Shown here: positions 1-12,950 of the stretch, one piece after another
How positions within the stretch are numbered: the first letter of the stretch is position 1
How the letters are laid out: every line of letters starts with the position of its first letter
Source: Macrostomum lignano
Lineage: Eukaryota
NCBI GenBank assembly: GCA_002269645.1
Contig: NIVC01002275.1
Location: 2,253 to 66,252 of the forward strand
Direction of reading: 5' to 3'
DNA length: 64,000 nucleotides
Translations under genes and position numbers: made by a program
The notes under the pieces: model-generated
Told to the model about the DNA's origin: nothing
What the model saw: the letters and a program-made list of their open reading frames with translations, nothing else
The model's database searches: none

Positions 1-250
1 TGTCTCTCCATCTGTACTCATATCTTTCCATCTGTACTCATGTTTATCAATCTCTACTCATGTCTCTCATTTCTTTTCATGTCCCTTCATCTCTACTTAT
101 TTCTCTCCAGCTCTACTCATGGCTCTCCAGCTCTACTCATGTCTCTCAATGTCTACTCATGTCCAGTTCTACTAACGTCTCTCCAGCTTCACTCATATCT
201 CTCCATCTCTACTCACGTCTCTCCAGCTTTATTCATGTCTCCAGTTCTAC
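1..250. repeat. Imperfect ~20-bp tandem repeat (TGTCTCTCCAGCTCTACTCA-like)
   Basis: Recurring ctctactca/tgtctctcca units; truncated by the window start. Confidence 0.75.
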
Positions 251-679
251 TCATCTTTATCAATATTTACTTGTCTGCTTCTGTTCCTACTTTGTCAGTT
301 CCAGCTAATCCCGAAGCAATGTTTTTTCTCTTTTAATACAATACTGAACAATCGGAACAGTTAGTCATACTTTCTCCATGGTGCAGTTTTATAATTCAAT
401 ATAAAACTGCATCTTGTTGGGTCCGGGCGTAGCCCTGTCTCAGACTTTTTCATCTCTTTCTCCGCCATGTTTTCACCTTTTCCCACAGTTGCGGCTCCCG
501 CTAGTCTGAGCAACCACTGTTTGCTATATAATTTCCTATACAGTTTGTACGAATAACAATTGCGTTCCTAATTATTATTTAGGCATTGTAAAAGTTTTAA
601 AACCATAATTTTTAGTATATGAGAAGATTAACAAAGCTATACACCTATACTATTATGTATTAAAAAGATGGAGGTTGTT

Positions 680-1290
680 GGGAGAAGTAGAGTAAGTAGA
701 TGGGAGGTAATGCCGAGTAGAGTGAGTAGATGGGAGGTAGTGCCGAGTAGAGTGAGTAGATGGGAGGTAGTGCCGAGTAGAGTGAGTAGATGGGAGGTAG
801 TGCCGAGTAGAGTGAGTAGATGTGAGGTAGTGCCGAGTAGAGTGAGTAGATGGGAGGTAGTGCCGAGTAGAGTGAGTAGATGTGAGGTAGTGCCGAGTAG
901 AGTGAGTAGATGGGAGGTAGTGCCGAGTAGAGTGAGTAGATGGGAGCTAGTGCCGAGTACAGTGAGTATATAGGAGCTAGTGGGGAGAAGTAGAGTAAGT
1001 AGATGGGAGGTAGTGCCGAGTAGAGTAAGTAGATGGGAGGTAGTGCCGAGTAGAGTGAGTAGATGGGAGGTAATGCCGAGTAGAGTGAGTAGATGAGAGG
1101 TAGTGTCGAGTAGAGTGAGTAGATAGGAGGTAGTGCCGAGTAGAGTGAGTAGATGAGAGGTAGTGCCGAGTAGAGTGAGTAGATAGGAGGTAGTGTCGAG
1201 TAGAGTGAGTAGATGAGAGGTAGAGTGAGAAGTAGAGTCAGAAGAGAGGTAGAAGTAGAGTGAGTAAATGGAGGTAGTGGCAAGAAGTAG
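680..1290. repeat. 30-bp minisatellite (AGTGAGTAGATGGGAGGTAGTGCCGAGTAG)
   Basis: About 20 near-identical units; explains the repetitive ORFs 660..1283 and 668..973. Confidence 0.95.
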
Positions 1291-3466
1291 AGGGCAGTAA
1301 CGGAAGGAATGAAGAGTTAATGATATCTTGTTCAGAATCAGATGAATAAGCTAGGTTTCAATAAAATTTATGGGCAATTATGAATATTAATAATAAATTA
1401 AGTCATTCATATCGATTGAAAGCTTGCACTACTCAATGCAGACTCTAAAGCACAGAAAGAGTATTGATTATACACTGTAAACTGGGAGGCCTCAGGGCCT
1501 CCTGTTTGCTTCTGTCGCTATAGGGTGGGGGAGATTGGGGAGAGCCCAGCCTGCGTCTGTCGTCGTGAAGTTTAGGCAGGCTGCAAGGGAGTTGGGTGGC
1601 GGACAGTTGACAGCAAAAGTGTCAGATAGAAAGAGGGAGGGAGAGGGGGAGAGAGGTGAAGTGAAGACTTTGGTGTTAGCTTTGTGTGTGTGTGTGTGTG
1701 TGTGGCTGTCTATCGGGGTGGTCGGTTTTTTGGTGCGTTAGTTGGATGCAGCGAAGGACGGCAGTAAGCAGTTGCCACACAGCTGTGGGCGTCGTGTCCA
1801 CACATTATTTCTATCTGGCTTTTATAAGCCTACTGCCTTAAGGGAGGGGAATGAGGGTGGGCGGTTTTGTGGGGGTGAGAGAGGGGTCAGAGCCTTGCCA
1901 GTGTTCCCATTCTCTGTGTGGTTTCTTTCTTCTTCTAGGGGACGAGGGTTACGGCTGCTGCTGCTGCTGCTGCTGTAGTACTGGCATAACGCCTTGTCTG
2001 CTTCTGTGTGTGCGTGTCTAAAGCTTCTAGCCTCAGTGCCACTGAATTCTACTTTTTCTATCCGTGTGTGTTTCCCACTTTTGTTAAAGCTAAGCTTCAG
2101 ATTCATTCATTCGCCAATCTAAAAAGGCCTAGTTTCTACCACAACACACTCATTCACACCGTGCGGTAGCTTAAACCTTTCAGAATAGAGCTTAACTTTT
2201 TTCTCCCTGCATACACCTCTCTCTCTCTCCATTTTTCTTTGTCTCTTGCTCGTCCATGTGTCGACGGGGAAGAAATGTATAGGGAGAGAGGGAGAGGAAA
2301 GGAGAGAAGTTATGTGCCCGGTTTGTAATGAATCATATATGTATGCGTGTGTGTGTGCGTGTTAGTTGGTATGCGTTATTAATAATAATTAACATTATGC
2401 ATACACGCTCATGGTGTGACATTAGGTTTTTGGGGTGTTAGTTTAGTCGCTCTGTGTGTGTGTGTGTGTGCGTGCGCTAGTGCTCAGGCTGAGCTTCTGC
2501 TAAGCTCTATTATTCCAATTCTCCTAGTGTTAATGAGCCTTACTAACCACCCCTAAGTCCTCCTATTTCTCTCTCTACACTGGTGGCTCAATTGTGATGA
2601 GGTAAGGGAGGGCTTAGTAGGCGGTTTGGTTAGTTAGCAGTGGGTTACTGGGTGAAGGGACAATGCAGATTTTGAGGCAAGAGTTGTAGGCGCTATAGAG
2701 TGTATGAGAAGTGAGAAGATCTCGCGCATGGTGTGTGGCGTGTGCTATAGAGGAAAGAGAGGAACAGGAGAGAGAGAAATGTGTGGGGCTTGGCTGGACA
2801 TTTGAGTAGTTTTATAATGCCGCTTTACCCGCACTGCGCGTTGACACGACACGATCTCCAGCTTAGATCAGTTCTCAGTTGAGCTGCGGTAATGCGCTGT
2901 CATGGCTCCTATGCTTTAACCGCTGCATTCTAACCAACTTTTGGCTGCATTCTTCCAAAAACTGAGACTTTTGGCACGACTGTGGCATGATTGATGAGCC
3001 CCGGATAACAATGCAAATGTATGCTCTTTTATATAGTCAGCAACAGCCAAATTAACGCTGTCAGGACGCTTGATAATAGAAATGCCAGCAATTGTGGCGT
3101 CAGTCAACGGAGCTTTAGCTCCAGGGGGGCCAGCACCAGGGGCTTTAGCACCAGGGGTGCCAGCACCAGGGGCTTTAGCACCAGGGGCGCCATCAGCACC
3201 AGGGGCGCCATCAGTATCAGGGGCGCCAGCAAGCTTGATCAGAGGGTGTCCATCAGTTTTCTTAAGAAAAAAAGAAGCAGAAAAGTTTTCAGTCTGAAGA
3301 AAACCGATTCTAAGCGCGAGCTGCGCAGCTTTTACGATTCTGGCGGCGTTAATAACTTTGAAAAGGTTTTGTCATTTATTAGTTCGGGGCCAGGACACAA
3401 GCTGTGGAGACTGTGGTGTTAGGCCGCAATTGCTCCCATAGCTAGCATGTGGTTCGCACATGTGGC

Positions 3467-3468
<2 letters not shown>

Positions 3469-3526
<58 letters not shown>
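3469..3526. repeat. (GT)n microsatellite
   Basis: Uninterrupted GT run of ~58 nt. Confidence 0.95.
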
Positions 3527-3530
<4 letters not shown>

Positions 3531-4599
3531 CTTCCTTCCCTTGGTGCTGCTTAGCTAATCGAGAAAAAGCGTCTTCTTCTAGCTAACTGAAACAGATCCG
3601 ACGCCTTTTTCTCTTCTCTGGCTAATATACCCGTCGGCAGGATTGTGTTGCCGGGCCGGCTGATAGAAGAAAGACTTTGCAATTTGCATGTCATATCCGT
3701 GTGGGGCAGCTGTTGCTGCTGCTGCCGCTGTGCCGCTGCTCTGCTTCTTCTTCTTTTGCTTGTCTTCTATCATACAGACACCATCGTCCACCGCCAGCTA
3801 TCTATCCGTTTGTCTGCAGAAACTTTCAATTTCTTCTATTCTTATTTCTTTCCTTGTAGTCTTCCTACTTTCTGCCTCTAGGGGGGATAGAGGAGAGGTG
3901 CGTTGTGGTAGCGTGTTTTTTTCATAAAAATCGCATCTATCTAAAACTCTACCGCTGGTCATAGCGTTGACCGCGCCGTCTGAGTCTTTGAAAGTCAGTG
4001 CATGCCTGCGTACAGTATGTGCTCAGAATTGGTCAGAATTGCCTCGGCGCTGGTTGCGTGGGACCATGTCTGTCCAGGGTGTCCAGAGTCTTCCTGAGTA
4101 TGTAAAATCAAATTATTATTATTACTTAAAATCTTAGCCTTGGATGTTTAGTGGCCCATAAAAATGTTTGTGAAGTGCTGTAAAATCTGTTTATACTACA
4201 CTGAGTGTATGATGACTTGAAAAAAACGACTAAAAAAGCCTTTCGAAGAATTGATTGAAGAAAAAACCACTTGAAATTTGGAGAGGGTTAAAAGCATCTC
4301 TCAAGGATTTGTTTATTGTTGTAGATTCCTTGGATGTTCAAGCCACGTGTGTATGACCGCCTTTTTCTTTTTGAATCTTTCATTGCTTTTAAATTTATGA
4401 ACTTATAGATTTTAAGACTTTGTCTATTTCGATAGACAAAATATTCAAGCTGCTTCTGTCTTCTAGGCTGTTTACCTGTCTCCATGTCCTTAGCTGCCTA
4501 CATGTGTGTATTCTAGCGTTGCATCCGTAATTCCTCAGTCGTTTTATTCCATTTGCTAAACCCTCTCTCCCTCTCACATCTCTCTACCTCCTTTTACAT

Positions 4600-5190
4600 C
4601 TCCGTCCGTCTCATACCTCTCTCCCACCCTCTCACAACTCCCTCTCACATCTCTCCCCCCTCTCACATCTCTCTACCTCCCTCTCACATCTCTCTCCCTC
4701 CCTCTCACAACTCCCTCTCACATCTCTCTCCCTCCCTCTCACATCTCTCTCCCTCCCTCTCACATCTCTCTCCCTCCCTCTCACAACTCCCTCTCACATC
4801 TCTCTCCCTCCCTCTCACATCTCTCTCCCTCCCTCTCACATCTCTCTCCCTCCCTCTCACATCTCTCTCCCTCCCTCTTACATCTCTCTCCCTTCCTCTC
4901 ACATCTCTCTCCCTCCCACTCACATCTCTCTCCCCCCACTCACATCTCTCTCCCTCCCACTCACATCTCTCTCCCTCCCTCTCACATATCTCTCCCTCCC
5001 ACTCACATCTCCCTCCCTCCCTCTCATCCTCTCCCTCCCTCTCACATCTCTCTCCCTCCCACTCACATCTCTCTCCCTCCCTCTCACATCTCTCTCCCTC
5101 CCACTCACATCTCTCTCCCTCCCTCTCACATCTCTCTCCCTCCCACTCACATCTCTCTCCCTCCCTCTCACATCTCTACCTCCATCTCTC
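4600..5190. repeat. 21-bp CT-rich minisatellite (CCCTCTCACATCTCTCTCCCT)
   Basis: Tandem units; explains ORFs 4553..5251, 4705..4923 and 4920..5192. Confidence 0.9.
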
Positions 5191-6419
5191 ATCTCCCATC
5201 TTTCTGCCTACCTGCACATATCCTCCAAAGCTCCAATTAGCGGTCTGCTAGAAGTAACAACTGTATGCCCACTGCATTACAAAGCAACTCGCGCACATCA
5301 GTGTGTTGTTTTTCCAACAAACAGTCAGGCAATCCTTTGCCTGTCTAGAATCTCTTCAATTCCGATATACGCATAGGAGCAGCGTATATAAACAATGCAG
5401 TCCTAACCACCCTGAGGGTAGCAGTTTTCAGTATTTTGTTGTATCCTGTTTTTCCTACTCGACCATGATCTATTTGAATTTTTTTACACATTCGATTGGT
5501 ATTAGGGGGATTAGGAAGCACCCTCTTAACTGTGTGCGCTTTTTTGCGTGTTTTTTTCTTCTGCTAGAAGCTTCCAAGCAGGCAATAAGAAGGCAGGCAG
5601 CCTGTCTTTCAACGAACTGCAGCTTCCGCTATGCATCTGGCTATCCCACTACTAACTACTTAATTCCGCCTAGTCCAGCGTGTTGTGTTCACTCGCTCTC
5701 TCCCTTTCCCCTACAGTTCCTCCGGGCCCTTCTTCCACTCTCTTCCGCCCTTTTGCGTCGAGGGGGCCTTGTTTTTGAAGTAAGCAAAGTTTCTAGGAAA
5801 GTTTAGAGGAGCGATATATATATATGTATATATAAGGCTGTGCGTAGAGGGAGAGGATTTGCTGTTGTTGCTGTGTGAAGGGTATATATACACAGATAGA
5901 GGTAACTGAGGTACCTACCTTAGTTTCTGTTAGCGCGTATCGATGGATAAGTATTAGTAGTCTCTCAACTATTATTATTATTATTATTAGCTTGCCTGTA
6001 GTTGATGCCGTCCGGCTAGGGAGGATTATAGTAATACCCGCCCAGCCACGCTAGCCAACGGAGCTTTAGCTCCCTTTGCACCCTTGCTACCTGTTTTGAA
6101 CACGAATTCCCGAACATTAAAAACCCGTGTCTCCATCAGCCCTCGATGTGCTTCTGTTCTGCGATTGTTGTTTCTGGAAATGACAGTAAAAAGAGATTTT
6201 AAAATCCTTTTAAACTGCAATTTAAGTGATTGACAGTTGAGCGACTCCTTTGTTCTAATATTGTATTTATTTTGCGTATTGTCAATCTCTTGTTCTTGTT
6301 GATTGGCGTTGGCTTCTGATGGTAGCAGCAATTGCTTTTACTGTAATTAGTTATTGAGCAGTATTCTTTTCAACTTGGAGTTTTTGTTGCAGCGAATCTA
6401 AATGCATGTTTTTCTCTGT

Positions 6420-6922
<503 letters not shown>

Positions 6923-6966
6923 AGTGCCTAAGCCCCTGTCCGCCACCCCGCTGCCCGGCACCCCAG

Positions 6967-9900
6967 GCTGGTCCAGAACAACCGCATCGGCCGCATCGAC
7001 CCGCTGGTCGGCACAAGCCGCCTCCTTCACCTGCGTCAGTTCCGCCTTGCCCGGAACCGCCTGCACGTCAGCCTCAACCAGTCCGTGTCACAGAGTCGCA
7101 AGAGTCGGCCGGACATCTTCCCGCACTTTCCCTCGGTCGAGTCGTTGGATCTCAGCCAGAACGGCCTGGAATTCGTGCCGCCGCTCATGTTCGGCAAATG
7201 GCCCAGCCTCAAAGAGCTCAGGTTGAGTCGCAATCGGCTGCAGTTCTTCGGCGCCGGCTCATTCTATATCGAAGGCGGCGGTCTGCACTCGCTCGATCTC
7301 AGCAACAATCGGGTGGCCTCGATGAACCGCGAGATCGCCTACGGTCTGGACGAGTTGCAGATTCTTCAATTGTCGCATAACGATATTCGAACTGTGCAAA
7401 CCGACGCGTTCGAGCAGTTGAAGAAGCTGCAGAAGCTCTACCTGGATCACAATCAGCTCAGCTTCATTGGCGGCATCTTTGATCCTTTGAGTCGTCTGGA
7501 GGTGCTGCGTCTAAGTAGCAATCCCAATTTGGCCCAGCTGCCTAGCAACGCCTTTGGCGGCCTGCATCGGCTCAAGGAACTGTAAGTTGCTTTTAAGATT
7601 AGAATCAAAATTCTTTTACGTAGTGAATAGATTTTGGATCCTAGAAATTGGATTACAGATCTTACAGGTTAGACTTCGAATCTTTGAGAGATTAGATCTT
7701 GATCTTTAAGAGACTAGATTTCAAATATTTGATATCAGATTTTAAATATTTGAGAGGGTAGATCTCGAATTCTCAAGAGATTAGATCTCGAATTCTCAAG
7801 AGATTAGATCTCGAATCTTTGAGAGATTAAATCTCGAATCTTTGAGAGATTAGATCTCGAATCTTTGAGAGATTAAATCTCGAATCTTTGAGAGATTAGA
7901 TCTCGAATCTTTGAGAGATTAAATCTCGAATCTTTGAGAGATTAAATCTCGAATCTTTGAGAGATTAGATCTCGAATCTTTGAGAGATTAGATCTCGAAT
8001 CTTTGAGAGATTAAATCTCGAATCTTTGAGAGATTAGATCTCGAATCTTTGAGAGATTAAATCTCGAATCTTTGAGAGATTAAATCTCGAATCTTTGAGA
8101 GATTAGATCTCGAATCTTTGAGAGATTAGATCTCGAATCTTTGAGAGATTAAATCTCGAATCTTTGAGAGATTAGATCTCGAATCTTTGAGAGATTAGAT
8201 CTCGAATCTTTGAGAGATTAGATCTCGAATCTTTGAGAGATTAGATCTCGAATCTTTGAGAGATTAGATCTCGAATCTTTGGGAGATTAAATCTCGAATC
8301 TTTGAGAGATTAAATCTCGAATCTTTGAGAGATTAGATCTCGAATCTTTGAGAGATTAGATCTCGAATCTTTGAGAGATTAGATCTCGAATCTTTGAGAG
8401 ATTAGATCTCGAATCTTTGAGAGATTAGATCTCGAATCTTTGAGAGATTAGATCTCGAATCTTTGAGAGATTAGATCTCGAATCTTTGAGAGATTAGATC
8501 TCGAATCTTTGAGAGATTTAAATCTCGAATCTTATAGAGATTAAATCTCGAATCTTTGAGAGATTAGATCTTGAATCTTTGAGAGATTAGATCTCAAATC
8601 TTTGAGAGTTTAGATTTTGAATCTTTAAAAGATTAGATCTTGAATCTTTAAGAGATAAGATTTAAATTTGATTTACATTTTGGATATTAAAAGAATTATA
8701 TTTTTGATAAGACAAGGTCTCCTGCTTTGCACATTATATAGATATTACTAATTCCTCCCACTCTTATTTGATCTGTTTTCTCCAGAGATCTATCCAACAA
8801 CAGCATCCACGTGATTGACGACAAGGTGTTCGAGTCGCTTAATCAGCTGCGCCGCCTGTCTCTGGCATCGAATCGACTCTCAATGATTCGCGGGGGCTAT
8901 TTCAGCGGCCTGGTTCGTCTAGAGGAGCTGGATCTGCGCGGCAACAATATTACCGGGGTGGAGGAGAGCGAGTCCAACGATCTTAAGGGAATGATCTTTC
9001 TTAGAAAGTTGTAAGTTGATCGGTTTTTTAAATGGTGCTATCAGTACTAGCCTCGATTCTCAGGTAGGGTTGAGAAGGCGACTCTCAGGTAGGGATGAGG
9101 GGGCGGTTCTCAGGTAGGGTTGAGGGGGCGATTCTCAGGTAGGGTTGAGGGGGCGATTCTCAGGTAGGGTTGAGGGCGATTCTCAGGTAGGGTTGGGGGA
9201 GGCGATTCTCAGGTAGATTGGGTTCGGGTAGGTATGAAGTTTCAGCGACCCGTTTTTCATAGTTAAAAATATAAACGTATTTTATATTTTGTCGGCTTTG
9301 CTCTTCTACTTACAGTAATTTATGCGCGTTTTCTTCGTAAAAACTTTTTACAGACACCTGCAGACCGCACACTATCAGTGCGGCCTGTGCAGCCTGCGAG
9401 CTTTCGTGTCCTGGCTTCGATCGAAAGGCTTCGCGGAGCCCGAAGTCAGCGTCCTGTGCGCCAGTCCGCCGGCGCTGCGCGGCCACAGCGTTTTTAATTT
9501 GCGAGGCGAATCTCAGGCTGCCAACTGCGAGATCGGCCTGGTGCCTAAAGTGATCTCGCATCCGCCTAGCGAAGCCAAATTAGTTGGTCAGAATCTCAAT
9601 TTAGATTGCACAATATTGTCTAATTTGCCACCTCTGGTTACTTGGCAACGCGCGCCAATGACATTAGACGCTGTTGCTAAGTCTTCTGCTAAGCCTGGCA
9701 GTTCAAGCGGCGCAGTCAGCGTTGGCATGGTGGCGTCGGGCTCTGCAGCTAGCGGGGGCGACTCGGCTTCGCTGTTGAGCAAGTCTGAGTACTCGAATTT
9801 GGTGTTAGCGCCTGATCAGGTGAGCTGAGTTCATTCTTTTGTGCGCGTTTCTAATCCCATACCTGCAGTTCCTAATCCCATATCTGCAGTTCCTAATCCC

Positions 9901-12221
9901 ATATCTGCAGTTCCTAATCCCATATTTGCAGCTCCTAATCCCATATCTGCAGTTCTTAATGCCATATATGCAGTTCCTAATCCCATATATGCCGTTCCTA
10001 ATCCCATATATGCAGTTAATAATCCCATATATGCAGTTCCTAATCCCATATATGCAGTTCCTAATCCCATATATGCCGTTCCTAATCCCATATATGCAGT
10101 TAATAATCCCATATATGCAGTCCCTAATCCCATAGTTCCTAATCCCATATCTGCAGTTCCTAATCCCATATCTGCAGTTCCTTATCCCATATCTGCAGTT
10201 CCTAATCCCATATCTGCAGTTCCTAATCCCATATCAGCAGTTCCTAATCCCATATCTGCAGTTCCTAATCCCATATTTGCAGCTCTTAATCCCATATCTG
10301 CAGTTCTTAATCCCATATCTGCAGTTCCTAATCCCATATCAGCAGTTCCTAATCCCATATCTGCAGTTCCTTATCCCATATCTGCAGTTCCTTATCCCAT
10401 ATCTGCAGTTCTAATCCTAATCCCATATCTGCAGTTCCTAATCCCGTATCTGCAACTCCTAATCCCATATCTGCAGTTCTTAATCCCATATATGCAGTTC
10501 CTAATCCCATATATGCCGTTCCTAATCCCATATATGCAGTTAATAATCTCATATATGCAGTCCCTAATCCCATATCTGCAGTTCCTAATCCCGTATCTGC
10601 AGTTCCTAATCCCGTATCTGCAACTCCTAATCCCATATCTGCAATTCTTAATCCCATATATGCAGTTCCTAATCCCATATATGCCGTTCCTAATCCCATA
10701 TATGCAGTTAATAATCCCATATATGCAGTCCCTAATCCCATATATACAGTTCTTAATCCCATATATGCAGTCCCTAATCCCATATATGCAGTTCCTTATC
10801 CCATATCAGCAGTTCCTTATTCCATATCTGCAGTTCCTAATCCTAATCCCATATATGCAGTTCCTAATCCCATATCTGCAGTTACTAATCCCATATTTTC
10901 AGTTACATATCCCATATCCAACTACTAAAAACTGCAGGTCAGCCTGATCCGCTCGGACAAAGAGTGGCGCGCCCAGCTCCGTCTAACTCAGCTGAACACC
11001 AGCGACTCCGGACTCTACCGCTGCTCCGTCACAGTCAGCAGCTCGCAGGCGGCCGTCTATTCCCTAGCAGCCACCATTCGAGTTCTATCACCTCCTCGAT
11101 TCGTCCAACGACCCAAGCCGCTCTACGAGGCCAATGAGGGCGATAGCGTTGAGATTCCCTGTGCCAGCGTCGGCTTCCCCAAACCGGAGCAGAGCCTCCG
11201 TCGCCTTGGCAACTTCCCAGCCGCTGTGGAGCGTCGTTTAACTCTGCCGGAAGGCGACGCCGCTAAATTCGGCATACGCCGATTGACCAGCGCCGACACG
11301 GGTCGGTACATCTGCATCAGCGAGAATGCCGGCGGCCGGGTTGAGACCGCATTCAATCTGGAGGTGCTCACCAGTCCTAAGTTCGTGTCCGACTCGGCCT
11401 GGTCGGCCAGGGTCGGCGTCAGACCCGGCGGCGACCTCGTCTTGGACTGCAAAGCCGACGCCAACCCGGCGCCAAATTATGCCTGGTACTTCAACGATCA
11501 GCTGTTGAACAATCGCAGCGAGTCGCAGCTTCGCCTGACATCGGCTGTGCTGGCCGACGCTGGCGTCTATCAGTGCGAAGCTCGCAACCCTGTCGGGCTG
11601 GTTAGTCGCCGGGTTCAGCTGGTGGTTGGCAACCGGCCGATTGTTGAAGTGGACGACGGTGCCAAATGGCTGACAACTACGACTAGGCGGCCGCCGTCGC
11701 CGCCGGTGTCTACAGCCGATGGCGGCGACGTCGACGGCTCGTCTAAGGTGTCCACCGGGGATCCCGGCGGCGGCAGCGGCGGCACGAACTTCTCCCTGCT
11801 GATATTCGCGGTCGTGGTGTCGGCGACATCCTGCGTGCTGCTCACCACCCTGCTCTGGTGCGTGGTGTTCGTGTTCCTGCGTAGGAAGTCGCGGCGAATG
11901 AAACGATCGCTTAGCCAACGATTGGAGGATCAGGCGCGGGCGCACCGGGAGCAGATGTACCGGTCGGAGCCGGCGTTGTCTGGCCTGTCCCGGCAGCCGT
12001 CTCTTCTGCAGCAGCAGCAACCGCAGCAACAGCAACAGCAGCAGCAAATCCCACTAATGATGTCATCAATGATGGCTTTGCCGCATTCGAAATCTGGCGA
12101 ATTATTCTCTGTTGGCCTGCCGCCTCCTTCGTTTGCTCCGGCCGCCGCCGCTGCTGCTGCTGCCGCTGCTGCCGCCGCCGCTGGCGGTTCCGCGCCGCCG
12201 CCGATTCCGCCGTTCCACCTG

Positions 12222-12252
<31 letters not shown>

Positions 12253-12950
12253 CGGCTGATCAGTTGCAGTTGCGTCGAAAATCTTCTCAACGTTTAAGTC
12301 GCTATGGCAACGGTAATAACGCCCATCGAAGCGAGCCGGATCTCATTGTCAATGGTGGCGGCGGTGGGGGTAATGCGGTTGCTATGGGGAACGGCAACAG
12401 CCGGTTCCCTCTGCTGCAGCACCAGCGCTCCTACCAGCCAATACAACAGCTGTCTCAGTTTACCCAGCAGCAGCAGAAACGGCAAAAGCAGAAGCCACAG
12501 CAGCAGCAGCAGCAGCAGCAGCCAACAGAAACTAGCGACTATAACACTGGCAGCGCGAGTAGCGGCGACTCTGTAGAGCACCTGCGTTGTCATGGTTACG
12601 ATTCGCAGGCCTGCTATTTGCACAATCATCAGCGTCTCCAACAGTTGCAGGAGCAGCAATTATTGACTCAACAGCAGTCATCATTGACCAGTTCGCGTGG
12701 GAGTAGGCACGCGCAACGGGTTTTGCTGCAACAGCAGCTCTCATACCAGCAGCAACAGGCGGTCCCTCTGTGCAGCACCTTCACCGGCCAGAAGAGTCCC
12801 AGCTCCACAGATTTCGACAGCGGCTGCGAGCCAACGTCTGGCAGCAGTTTGGCTCGGCCGCGCTCGTCCAGATCGTTGCTGCTCGTTGGCGCCCAGTCGT
12901 CAAGCACAGCCGGTCCGTCAGCTGTCGGCGTTCACGAGACGGTCACGTGA
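6967..12950 (+). CDS. LRIG: LRIG/lambik/SMA-10-type LRR + 3 Ig + transmembrane protein, 5' partial. Exons 6967-7581, 8786-9010, 9354-9819, 10938-12950
   Basis: All junctions are GT-AG and phase-consistent (2,2,0). Contains LRR repeats (LDLSQNGL, LDLSNNRV, LSLASNRL), an LRR-CT (HYQCGLCSLRAFVSWL...CASP...C) and three Ig domains (DSGLYRC, DTGRYIC, DAGVYQC). Ig2 has NFPAAVERRL, matching the LRIG motif DFPAARERRM. The TM segment LLIFAVVVSATSCVLLTTLLWCVVFVFL is followed by RRK and a poly-Q tail. Signal peptide/LRR-NT exon not located. Confidence 0.85.
7700..8660. repeat. 23-bp intronic minisatellite (GAGAGATTAGATCTCGAATCTTT)
   Basis: Period 23 (e.g. atcttt at 7861 and 7884); fills most of an LRIG intron. 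Confidence 0.95.
9050..9215. repeat. ~24-bp minisatellite (GGGGGCGATTCTCAGGTAGGGTTGA), same family as 16740-17870 in the opposite orientation
   Basis: The unit is the reverse complement of CCTCAACCCTACCTGAGAATCGCCC. Confidence 0.85.
9850..10920. repeat. 21-bp intronic minisatellite (CCTAATCCCATATCTGCAGTT)
   Basis: Tandem units; explains ORFs 9831..10169, 9839..10135, 9841..10947 and 10349..10783. Confidence 0.95.

Noticed and set aside
3021-3422. Collagen-like or PGA-repeat ORFs at 3021..3422 and 3070..3297
   Set aside because: Short GC-rich tandem repeat open in several frames; no sustained Gly-X-Y register, signal peptide or clear splice sites.
6924-6966. Extension of the LRIG exon to the AG at 6923-6924
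   Set aside because: In-frame TAA at 6929; the CAG at 6966 has a plausible branch point (CTAAG) and restores an LxLxxNNxI register.
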